Below, in pieces: positions 26,373-33,913 of a DNA stretch of 64,000 nucleotides. The notes under the pieces were generated by a model. The model saw nothing but the letters and a program-made list of their open reading frames with translations, did not search any database and was not told the origin of the DNA. This DNA is from a virus, in the UHGV virus genome UHGV-0232937, one strand, 5' to 3'. The stretch's first letter is position 1. Every line of letters begins with the position of its first letter. A program made the position numbers and the translations under genes.

Positions 26373-26410
26373 AATATAACAAAGCCCCTGCACTAATGCA
26401 AGGGCTTTTT
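26373..26410 (-). promoter_or_regulatory. PeSL-like promoter/hairpin
   Basis: AAAAAGCCC-TTGCAT-TAGTGCAGGGGCTTTGT-TATATT. 37/38 identical to 30784-30821. Confidence 0.88.
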
Positions 26411-26412
26411 GA

Positions 26413-27327
26413 TTATTTTGGTAATTTTTCGATTGTTGCTTTCAACTCATTGATTTTATTAAAGAGTTCATCGCTATATTTCATCAACTCACTACGGCGT
26501 TTTTCGGCCCACTTGATCAGGAATTCAGGAGAATCTACACCATACGTGTAACCTTCTGCACTCAGTTGAATACGAGCACGGGAACCATAATCAACAGAAC
26601 TTTGTTCAATGAGAAACTTGACCGCATCAAGCAGGGCTAAATCTTCATGACTTACCATGATTCCTTCTGCCTTTGGAAGATCCACAACTTCATCCTGAAT
26701 GAGTTCACGGCGGGTTGTTTCTTCCAGTGTTTCATGATTCTGGATCATCGTTTCGACCGGATCCTTTGCCACGGCTGGTTTGTTTTCACCTACTTCTTCC
26801 AAAAACATCAACATCCATCCAGGAATTTTAGTCCGGAAAGAACTTTGTACTTCACTGGTGCATGAATTTCCCAGAATGTGGATCGCGTTACCATGCATAT
26901 CAGCTTTATTGATATAGATAACGTTCTGCTGTTCCTGTCGGTTGCTACCATAAGAAAGGAAGCGGCGTAACGATGTGTTATGACCATACTTCCCTAAATC
27001 GATTTCAGCCAGGCAATCAATGATCCCACGGTTAGAAACCTTGTAACGTTTACCCTGTTTGAAAAATAACGATTCTTCCAGGTGAGTAGGGGTAAACTCT
27101 TCATAAAGAACATAGAATTCTTTAGGAATTTTGCGCTGAACCAGACTCAGTTTACAATTATTAGAAGGAACAATAACAGAGTGAATGTTTCCTTCGGTAT
27201 CACACATAGCTTGCATTACTTGCGGATAGTAAAGATGGTCTTTCTTGCAAGTATAGCTATGGATACGACTCTGACGTTTTTTGAAGTACCATTTACCAGT
27301 TTCAAAAGGCGCTGTTGTAAAATTCAT
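26413..27327 (-). CDS. hypothetical protein with two tandem FxxGKxY repeats
   Basis: 304 aa, internal duplication visible. Confidence 0.7.
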   Translation of the reverse strand: MNFTTAPFETGKWYFKKRQSRIHSYTCKKDHLYYPQVMQAMCDTEGNIHSVIVPSNNCKLSLVQRKIPKEFYVLYEEFTPTHLEESLFFKQGKRYKVSNRGIIDCLAEIDLGKYGHNTSLRRFLSYGSNRQEQQNVIYINKADMHGNAIHILGNSCTSEVQSSFRTKIPGWMLMFLEEVGENKPAVAKDPVETMIQNHETLEETTRRELIQDEVVDLPKAEGIMVSHEDLALLDAVKFLIEQSSVDYGSRARIQLSAEGYTYGVDSPEFLIKWAEKRRSELMKYSDELFNKINELKATIEKLPK

Positions 27328-27851
27328 TTTGCATTCTCATACATAGTTAAAATTGCTTGCATATGTTCCGGTGATTGTGGAACCCCTGCAAAGTTCACTT
27401 TCAAAAAGAAATTCAACCGATCTTTTATGTTGCACTCATCGAGTCCAAGCGCTGGCAATGAAATGTTTTCAAAAGCACGTTGTTCATGTCTTTCCATTTC
27501 ACCCCAAAACAAACGGGAACCGTTAGGCATCGGTATTCCAATTTCATTGTTCCAGAATTTCATGATAGTTGTCAAGCGTTGTTTTCCATCAATGACTTCT
27601 ACCCATCGAGATTCGTTGAATTCACTATCAACCGCGATCGCAATGATACCGCAAGGAAACCCAGTAATCAAAGTCTTCATGAAAGCATCTTGCTCTTTCT
27701 GCTTCCACACGTAGGGCCGCTGATAGGACGGATTCAGATCCAGATCGTTGTTCTTGAACCAATGAATGTAACTACCAACCATGATCGCATGATCGCGACT
27801 TTGGAAAGTTTTTAACTCACGAATACGGTTTCTTACAATTTCATCCGACAT
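27324..27851 (-). CDS. standalone DUF262 (GmrS/ParB-like) domain protein
   Basis: LNPSYQRPYVW, IDGKQRLTTI, FLKVNFAG signature. No nuclease domain. Confidence 0.85.
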   Translation of the reverse strand: MSDEIVRNRIRELKTFQSRDHAIMVGSYIHWFKNNDLDLNPSYQRPYVWKQKEQDAFMKTLITGFPCGIIAIAVDSEFNESRWVEVIDGKQRLTTIMKFWNNEIGIPMPNGSRLFWGEMERHEQRAFENISLPALGLDECNIKDRLNFFLKVNFAGVPQSPEHMQAILTMYENAK

Positions 27852-28174
27852 TATAAAATCACCATCCAGTATATAATCGTAATCATAACCGCTACGGTGA
27901 AACATATTGCAGCGTACACCCGCGCATTATGAACCTGTGTTTTCAATTCCGCGATCTCTTGATCCTTTTCGCTTTCAAACTCTTCGCGAGTACCATAATA
28001 CCCAGGATCGTTAGCAGTTGCCAATCTAACCGCATCTTTTTCAACCAGCGTTGCATAACCGCTTTTTATTTGTGTCGCCCCGTACCATCCACCCCGATCG
28101 TTGTTAATGATCAGGTGATCGCCTTTTTCGTTATGCTTTGATTCGCCAACGACAATAACCCTCTTACCATTCAT
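27851..28174 (-). CDS. hypothetical protein, C-terminal TM
   Basis: GAGG RBS before MNGKRV. Confidence 0.6.
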   Translation of the reverse strand: MNGKRVIVVGESKHNEKGDHLIINNDRGGWYGATQIKSGYATLVEKDAVRLATANDPGYYGTREEFESEKDQEIAELKTQVHNARVYAAICFTVAVMITIIYWMVIL

Positions 28175-28186
28175 AATATGATCCTC

Positions 28187-28204
28187 AAAGGGGCCGAAGC
28201 CCCT
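28187..28204 (-). terminator. intrinsic terminator
   Basis: AGGGGC-TTCG-GCCCCTTT. Confidence 0.7.
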
Positions 28205-28460
28205 ATTTTGCATTCTTCTGTAGATAATCTAACAGATTCCCGCTTTGATGTAAATCCAAAACTTTAGAAAACTTCTCTGCGTTTCTTTCGTTTGTGAATT
28301 CGTCGAAATGCCATACACCATCATCAGCTATTAACGCGCCAGGTGATGAACCTGTTTCTACATCACGGGAAAGCGCAAGCCCCAGAGGGTGTAAGATTTC
28401 GCGGTTAATGCGCCAAACAAGGCCCATTTCAGATAGAGTATTAAAATCGACGTATTTCAT
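28203..28460 (-). CDS. conserved phage hypothetical protein
   Basis: GLVWRINREILHPLGLAL motif. Confidence 0.7.
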   Translation of the reverse strand: MKYVDFNTLSEMGLVWRINREILHPLGLALSRDVETGSSPGALIADDGVWHFDEFTNERNAEKFSKVLDLHQSGNLLDYLQKNAK

Positions 28461-28461
28461 A

Positions 28462-28845
28462 TTATGCCTTTGGTTTCACACCGTAGGCCAACATACCAAA
28501 ACGATGATCATTATCTGCATCTTTAAACAGAACTTCGTTACCATCAATGCAGATGACCTTTGCTTCCGGATCGATGTATGGAAGCAACCACAAAGGGATC
28601 AGGTGTAGGCCGCTATGTTCATCCCAGCGACTGAAATTGAGTTCTTCCAGTTCATCAAGGGAAAGCTCATTAGGATCGATATAACGGAACCATTTGGTAT
28701 TTTTGAGGCGGTCGGGGAAGTTTACAATTTCTTCATAGCCGAATTCAGCACTCCATGAAGAGTAAACAGTGACTTCGGATGCTTTGGTTAAAACAGCATC
28801 GCGAATTGATTTGCAGATATCGATTAAAGTCAGTTGATTTTCCAT
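28462..28845 (-). CDS. conserved phage hypothetical protein
   Basis: LIPLWL...DNDHRFGMLAYG motif. Confidence 0.7.
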   Translation of the reverse strand: MENQLTLIDICKSIRDAVLTKASEVTVYSSWSAEFGYEEIVNFPDRLKNTKWFRYIDPNELSLDELEELNFSRWDEHSGLHLIPLWLLPYIDPEAKVICIDGNEVLFKDADNDHRFGMLAYGVKPKA

Positions 28846-28855
28846 GATATATTTC

Positions 28856-29263
28856 TCATCTTGCTAAAATTTTAGGCAGTAGTTGCCCCATCGTTTTACG
28901 TGCATGTGACGGAATCTGTGAGATCGGGACATATTTAAAATCATCCATTTCACGTATAGTCCGTCCGTTCTTAACGAAAGTTGATGCACAATAGCATTCT
29001 TCCGCTACTGGGTAATCTTGCCCTACATAGAGGAATAAAGCAAGGTTTTTTGTTTTCGTGTAATCGAGAACACCCAGACTAACCAATTCCTCCGCGAACA
29101 CTTCAAATCCTGTTTCTTCGAAGCATTCGCGGATCGCCGCGTCAATGTGAGTTTCGCCCTTTTCAACATGCCCCTTCGGAATATCCCAATGGGGCGTTTC
29201 AGTGGCATGGCCCATCAACACGGCACCATCTTTAACAAAGATAATACCCGCTGATAGTTCCAT
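28856..29263 (-). CDS. nudE: Nudix hydrolase (T4 NudE / e.1-like)
   Basis: SAGII, WDIPKGHVEKGETHIDAAIRECFEETG. Confidence 0.88.
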   Translation of the reverse strand: MELSAGIIFVKDGAVLMGHATETPHWDIPKGHVEKGETHIDAAIRECFEETGFEVFAEELVSLGVLDYTKTKNLALFLYVGQDYPVAEECYCASTFVKNGRTIREMDDFKYVPISQIPSHARKTMGQLLPKILAR

Positions 29264-29509
29264 TTATTCACCCGCAAAAGCGTTATCAAATGCTTCAAGT
29301 GCGTTGTTAGCGCGAGCACTGGCTTTTGTCACACCAGCCTGGAGATTTTCAAAGAAGGTATGTTTCCACACTTCGCGGCGACTGGATTCATGTTCCAGAC
29401 TGTTTTTGTGATCACCGCGAATCTGTTCTTCCATGTCATAACGGTACAGATCGAGTTCTGCGTTTAATTTCTGTTCTAATGCCTGTGCAAATACATGTTC
29501 AATATTCAT
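29264..29509 (-). CDS. hypothetical protein
   Basis: 81 aa. Confidence 0.6.
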   Translation of the reverse strand: MNIEHVFAQALEQKLNAELDLYRYDMEEQIRGDHKNSLEHESSRREVWKHTFFENLQAGVTKASARANNALEAFDNAFAGE

Positions 29510-29757
29510 TTTGTATAGCCTATTTCAGATTTAAGGTTTTCGAGGGTGGAGTGATAAACAACATTCCCTTCGTGTCGAGTATACCATACTTTTCCGTTCT
29601 GGTTACACTCATTCATTACATTTTCATCTAAACCAGGGATCGGCTTCATGCTGGGAGAAAACGCGATAGACATCATTTGTTCTGCACTATCAGCAAACCC
29701 ACAAGGGAAAACAAATCCAGTTGGTTTATCAAGATACATCAACTCTACTTTAGCCAT
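29506..29757 (-). CDS. hypothetical protein
   Basis: Likely start MAKVELMY, overlapping the upstream stop. Confidence 0.6.
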   Translation of the reverse strand: MAKVELMYLDKPTGFVFPCGFADSAEQMMSIAFSPSMKPIPGLDENVMNECNQNGKVWYTRHEGNVVYHSTLENLKSEIGYTK

Positions 29758-30043
29758 AGATTTCTTCGAAATCCTCACAATCAGGCAAATACGTTTCACA
29801 GAAGGTGCAAAGCGTAAAGAATGCAGGTTGACGAATACCAGGATTATCCGGTAGATACATCCAGAAGGTGTTAGCAAACACGATGAATGTTTTCAGGTTT
29901 TCGGTGGTAATTTCGCTAACACCATCATACCCGGATTGATTGATCGCGCGTTGCAGCGGCACCTCATACTGTTCGCAATAGTCGGCATAATGATCGCTTG
30001 TTACCAGGCTATTAGCCATTTTAATCAAATCAACGATTTTCAT
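29750..30043 (-). CDS. hypothetical protein
   Basis: 97 aa, FW..LPD.P.IR...FF.LC motif. Confidence 0.65.
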   Translation of the reverse strand: MKIVDLIKMANSLVTSDHYADYCEQYEVPLQRAINQSGYDGVSEITTENLKTFIVFANTFWMYLPDNPGIRQPAFFTLCTFCETYLPDCEDFEEIYG

Positions 30044-30375
30044 GATTTTACATATTCCACTTTAACAGGTTTTGCAACAAATTTATCTTTGGTGCGCCCA
30101 TGACCATTACACAGGTCACATTCTTTGTTGAAATCTTTCATATCTTCGACCCATCCAGAATCTGGCAACCCAGACGGATATGCGTTATAACGAATGGTTT
30201 CATAACCTTTTCCGTTGCATTTCGGGCAAACATGAGGACGTTCCTTTTTAGCAGACTCTGCCAGTTCGCGAAGGGTAGTAGAACTACCATAAGCCCGACA
30301 CATGTTTTCAAAGTCTTTTAAAGTCATGTTATAAACATCGATGACGTTATATTTTTTGCCGGATGGTTTAGCCAT
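30040..30375 (-). CDS. CxxCxGxG (DnaJ-type Zn finger) protein
   Basis: CPKCNGKG and CDLCNGHG. Confidence 0.7.
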   Translation of the reverse strand: MAKPSGKKYNVIDVYNMTLKDFENMCRAYGSSTTLRELAESAKKERPHVCPKCNGKGYETIRYNAYPSGLPDSGWVEDMKDFNKECDLCNGHGRTKDKFVAKPVKVEYVKS

Positions 30376-30385
30376 AATATATTTC

Positions 30386-30526
30386 TCACTTAAAGATTTT
30401 TTTGATGAAAGAGATAGCAAGGCCGATACCAAAGAAAATCAAGTAACCTTTTCCGTCACCGTGCGCCAAAACATAGAGTGAGCTGCCGTATGCGATGAGT
30501 TCTGCGATGTTCATTAAGTTTCTCAT
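30386..30526 (-). CDS. 46-aa membrane peptide
   Basis: AGGAGG RBS. MRNLMNIAELIAYGSSLYVLAHGDGKGYLIFFGIGLAISFIKKIFK. Confidence 0.6.
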   Translation of the reverse strand: MRNLMNIAELIAYGSSLYVLAHGDGKGYLIFFGIGLAISFIKKIFK

Positions 30527-30552
30527 GATATCCTCCTTTTTCTATATTAAGT

Positions 30553-30580
30553 ATCTTACCATAATATAAACCAAAGTCAA
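30553..30580 (-). promoter_or_regulatory. sigma70-like early promoter
   Basis: TTGACT-16-TAAGAT with extended TG. Confidence 0.6.
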
Positions 30581-30615
30581 CAACAAAGTTTTATCAACCC
30601 ACTTATCACCAGTCA

Positions 30616-30756
30616 TTAGTAATCCCCTACAGGTTGAGACGCCGCAACACTCAGGATCTTGAAAGTGCAATTGTTCCATTCACAATAAGTTTTTGCGCAA
30701 TGAACACTTCCTTTCATAACAAACCCGTTTGAGAAAATTAACCAGTAAAGTTTCAT
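30616..30756 (-). CDS. 46-aa early protein
   Basis: AGGAGG RBS before MKLYWLIFS. Confidence 0.65.
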   Translation of the reverse strand: MKLYWLIFSNGFVMKGSVHCAKTYCEWNNCTFKILSVAASQPVGDY

Positions 30757-30783
30757 GATAGCCTCCTTTGTTTCGACAAGGCC

Positions 30784-30821
30784 AATATAACAAAGCCCCT
30801 GCACGAATGCAAGGGCTTTTT
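30784..30821 (-). promoter_or_regulatory. PeSL-like promoter/hairpin
   Basis: AAAAAGCCC-TTGCAT-TCGTGCAGGGGCTTTGT-TATATT. Confidence 0.88.
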
Positions 30822-31361
30822 TCAGTTTTTCAACATCCAAAGTTGCGGAGGACAATCTTTAGAAGCGATTAGACGATCCAGGCGGGACATAACCCGACGA
30901 TAACCGTCGTATTCAAAATTAATTTTTGGTGGAACGTAGTTGACCTGGATTGTTTTTCTGTTAGCTAAAGAAACATACTCAGGGATCACCGTTCGCAACC
31001 GTATAGCGATCACTGGCTTCTCTTCGCCTTCGTTAAAGAACATTTGAACAGTTATAGGACAAGCAAAGATTTTACCATTTACCCGACGATAAACAATAAC
31101 TTCCTGTGTCCCTTCTGTTTTGGCCTTCACCGCGTAGGTTAGAACATAACACGAATAATGATTTGCTAGACTCATCATGATATCGCGATAAGTTTCAATA
31201 TCTTTTTTAATCGATACTGAACGGTCTTTAAAGCGATCTGCAATGTGGTCAGCAGTAGCCGCTACCTTGATTGTATACCAGTCACCTAACGCGCTAGTAA
31301 ACGCCTCGCTAACTTCTTTTCGTACACTGTTAACAAGATACATTAAACGTGTTCTGTTCAT
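30822..31361 (-). CDS. hypothetical protein (HxxDRxxDR motif)
   Basis: GAGG RBS before MNRTRLM. Confidence 0.65.
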   Translation of the reverse strand: MNRTRLMYLVNSVRKEVSEAFTSALGDWYTIKVAATADHIADRFKDRSVSIKKDIETYRDIMMSLANHYSCYVLTYAVKAKTEGTQEVIVYRRVNGKIFACPITVQMFFNEGEEKPVIAIRLRTVIPEYVSLANRKTIQVNYVPPKINFEYDGYRRVMSRLDRLIASKDCPPQLWMLKN

Positions 31362-31368
31362 ATAATCC

Positions 31369-31992
31369 TCACTGATTTTTGAAGTATTCGATCTGACGCA
31401 AACGCTTTTCAGCGGCGGCTTTCGAATCGTATTCACCAAGTTCTTTTGTGCGATCGTGATTCAAAACAACCCACTTATCGCCACGCTGTTCAATGTGTTC
31501 TGTAATATCTTTTAACGACTTATCCAGATCCAGTGATTCAGCCTCTTCACAGATAATAGTCAAATCCACGGGCAGTGTCAACAACCTTTTCACTCCGCTG
31601 ATATCATCAAGCATCGAATCGTATGCAAGGGTTACGTGCGGTTTGTAATCCGGATAATCGTATGTTGCGCCAGCATCAATAGAATCTTTGAAACGGCTAT
31701 GCAGGTATTCAGATTCCAGGATCCCTACGATAGTGCTACCGTATTTTGTGTCCCACTTTTCAACATCAACCAGTTTAGCAGGTTCTGTGATGTCATGTTG
31801 CGGGAACAAATCAACCGTTTTCCGGCTGTATACGATCGTTGTATGCATCTTTTCGGCTGAAACAGCATTCTTTGTGATACCTAATGTCTTTTGAACATTT
31901 TTCAAAGCCTCACATGAAGCCTGATCGAATTTAGCACACATGTAGATACCAGGATCTACAACAGGTTTTGTGATTTCAAGAAATGATTTCAT
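31369..31992 (-). CDS. 57B: gp57B / Acb1-family 2H phosphoesterase (anti-CBASS) with C-terminal extension
   Basis: GIYMCAKF, HTTIVYSR, GATYDYPDYKPHVTLAY (two HxT). Synteny 1-57A-57B. Confidence 0.88.
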   Translation of the reverse strand: MKSFLEITKPVVDPGIYMCAKFDQASCEALKNVQKTLGITKNAVSAEKMHTTIVYSRKTVDLFPQHDITEPAKLVDVEKWDTKYGSTIVGILESEYLHSRFKDSIDAGATYDYPDYKPHVTLAYDSMLDDISGVKRLLTLPVDLTIICEEAESLDLDKSLKDITEHIEQRGDKWVVLNHDRTKELGEYDSKAAAEKRLRQIEYFKNQ

Positions 31993-32005
31993 AAAACACC
32001 CCAAT

Positions 32006-32028
32006 AAAAAAGGGGCCGAAGCCCCTTT
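32006..32028 (-). terminator. intrinsic terminator
   Basis: AAAGGGGC-TTCG-GCCCCTTTTTT. Confidence 0.8.
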
Positions 32029-32043
32029 GTAATAAATTTGTTT

Positions 32044-32304
32044 TTACGCTTCTTCGCCAAAGGCGGCTTCATCTTCCGCGCCTTTTTCGACTTCAACGGA
32101 AGGGATCAGAGCGGATACCGCGCCAATCACTGCTTCTGGGGTTACTGGCTGGCTTGCGTCAATACCCAGTACCGAACACAGGTCGGACAGAAGTTGACGA
32201 TGAACAGAGAGTTCACTTTCTTTTTGCGCGATTACTTCGTTCAGATCGAATGCGCGGCCTTTCAGTACCAGTACTTCATTTTGCAGTTTTTGAATATCAG
32301 ACAT
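32044..32304 (-). CDS. 57A: tail fibre assembly chaperone gp57A
   Basis: QKLQNEVLVLKGRAFD resembles T4 QKLSAEIVTLKSRILD. Acidic tail, synteny. Confidence 0.8.
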   Translation of the reverse strand: MSDIQKLQNEVLVLKGRAFDLNEVIAQKESELSVHRQLLSDLCSVLGIDASQPVTPEAVIGAVSALIPSVEVEKGAEDEAAFGEEA

Positions 32305-32318
32305 TTTATTACCCATTG

Positions 32319-33014
32319 TTAAAATTTAAAAGTATCGAGCACTTTGCTCTTTAGTTGTTTCAAAGTACCTTCGTTAGTGATGATACTATCTCCCGTTTGA
32401 GGTGTCAAACCTTTTTCCGTGGAATGTTCATCAACAATTCCGGTATCTTTTACAATAAACACAAACTTAGCACCCAAGCGTTTCAGGTATTTATATTCGT
32501 GTTCCTGACGACAGTCAGTTACCAGAAGATGATTGTATTCGTCACCAGCATATTTATTGACGAATCTTTCCAGTGTGTAACGAACCCAAACCGTGTTATC
32601 GTACTTGCATACGATATCAGTTCCAAACACTTGCATCAAGCGTCTGATACTCCAGGGAGTATCGTTACTCATAATCAGGTTATGAATATCATCCGGACTA
32701 TTAACAATATTGTATCCGCGTTCTTTGAGGATTTCAAGCCCGATTCTGAAAATATTTAGAACATCTTCATTAGACATCACAAGAGGTTTCTCTCGATCGC
32801 CTTCGTAAAAAATAGCATCCGGATCGGAATATTTTCCTTCAACCAGATTGCGAATGTATGGTTTATCGTAACCATATCGCTGCATTGCTACTCTAAGCGT
32901 TCTTTTGATACCAAATGCCAGTGCTTCACACTGAACATCATTGTACGCCTCTTGAATAAATTTAGCAACCGTATCTTTACCAGTTCGCTTTTTTCCACTA
33001 ATCACATAAATCAT
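32319..33014 (-). CDS. 1: deoxynucleoside monophosphate kinase gp1
   Basis: SGKKRTGKDT, RRLMQVFGTD, DCRQEHE, HSTE. Confidence 0.92.
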   Translation of the reverse strand: MIYVISGKKRTGKDTVAKFIQEAYNDVQCEALAFGIKRTLRVAMQRYGYDKPYIRNLVEGKYSDPDAIFYEGDREKPLVMSNEDVLNIFRIGLEILKERGYNIVNSPDDIHNLIMSNDTPWSIRRLMQVFGTDIVCKYDNTVWVRYTLERFVNKYAGDEYNHLLVTDCRQEHEYKYLKRLGAKFVFIVKDTGIVDEHSTEKGLTPQTGDSIITNEGTLKQLKSKVLDTFKF

Positions 33015-33544
33015 TAGCTCATTCTCTTTTGAGAAGTGACTACTTTTCCGTCAATTTCAACTTCCATATGAAGGAAGCCAAAAGTTGCCATACATGTAAC
33101 CGCTTCATCACTATCGTTAGTATAACCCAATTCAACCTCACCCAAGTTTGTTGGGAAGGCACCATAAAATCTAAATGTGGCGATCGTTTTCATCTGGGAG
33201 TTATCCAGGATATGCACAGCGAATGATTGCTTAGGATCATCCCACGCAACAGAGTTAAACTCGTTGTAATCGTTTGTGCTCAACATCCATATGTAAATCC
33301 CAAGATACGATCTCATTTCCTCATCGACTACAAAGCGGATCATCAAAGGATCAAACTCAAAAGCCGAACCAGGTACTTTACCTCGAACCATCATATTTGC
33401 AGGAATATCAACTGCTGGGAGGTTCATTGATGGTAGTGTAACCCCTTGAACTTGTAAAGTCAAACCTTTCATGTAACTGTTATCAGGAATATCAACCCGA
33501 AAGTTTGTAGGTGAGATTTGGTTTAAAATCATTTCTGTAGACAT
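33014..33544 (-). CDS. 3: tail tube terminator gp3
   Basis: NQISPTNF, PGSAFEFDPL..RF.VDE, FYGAFPT.LGE. Synteny. Confidence 0.9.
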   Translation of the reverse strand: MSTEMILNQISPTNFRVDIPDNSYMKGLTLQVQGVTLPSMNLPAVDIPANMMVRGKVPGSAFEFDPLMIRFVVDEEMRSYLGIYIWMLSTNDYNEFNSVAWDDPKQSFAVHILDNSQMKTIATFRFYGAFPTNLGEVELGYTNDSDEAVTCMATFGFLHMEVEIDGKVVTSQKRMS

Positions 33545-33590
33545 AGGATCTCCTTTCCTCTATTTAGCGGGGAACGGGATCAAAGCGGCC

Positions 33591-33866
33591 TGACGGGGTA
33601 ATATAAAAATTTGAAGAAAATGCTTGACCTTTTAAAATCTTTGATCTATAATAATTTTTAATTAAAATTTTATCAAAAAGATCTAACAAGATCAAGTAAA
33701 ATTTAATAAATAATTTATTAAAAAATTTTAGATCTGATCTTGAATTCATAAATTTTATGATCTATAATATATTAATATTTTATTTTATCATAAATTTTTA
33801 TGAAGATCAATACTTAGATCTAATAAATTTTATGCTTTTTCTGAAAACTTTTCCTTTACCCCGTCA
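33591..33866. other. putative replication origin: inverted-repeat-flanked AT-rich GATC-dense element
   Basis: IR TGACGGGGTAA/TTACCCCGTCA, 8 GATC in 33643-33820, three ATAAATTTT(T)ATG repeats, no credible ORF. Confidence 0.6.
33624..33652 (+). promoter_or_regulatory. near-consensus sigma70 promoter firing into the AT-rich core
   Basis: TTGACC-17-TATAAT with GATC directly before the -10. Confidence 0.75.
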
Positions 33867-33913
33867 CTAAATACTGGTACTATGTTCCCATATTGGAAAT
33901 CAGGAAAAACAAA

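Noticed and set aside
27082..27714. 210-aa + strand ORF
   Set aside because: Antisense to DUF262 and its neighbour. No promoter or RBS, and no recognisable motifs.
24980..27851. Two proteins both starting MSDEIV
   Set aside because: Codons differ and there is no further similarity. Treated as coincidence.
7966..30821. Repeated 38-bp hairpins as a CRISPR array
   Set aside because: Copies are kilobases apart with genes between them and match promoter geometry. No regular spacers.
28800..32000. tRNA cluster expected near 57B by T4 synteny
   Set aside because: The region is fully tiled by ORFs and promoters, and no cloverleaf was seen by eye. tRNAscan would be decisive.
33564..33749. 61-aa - strand ORF in the AT-rich element
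   Set aside because: Low-complexity K/F/L/I translation of AT-rich repeats with no RBS.
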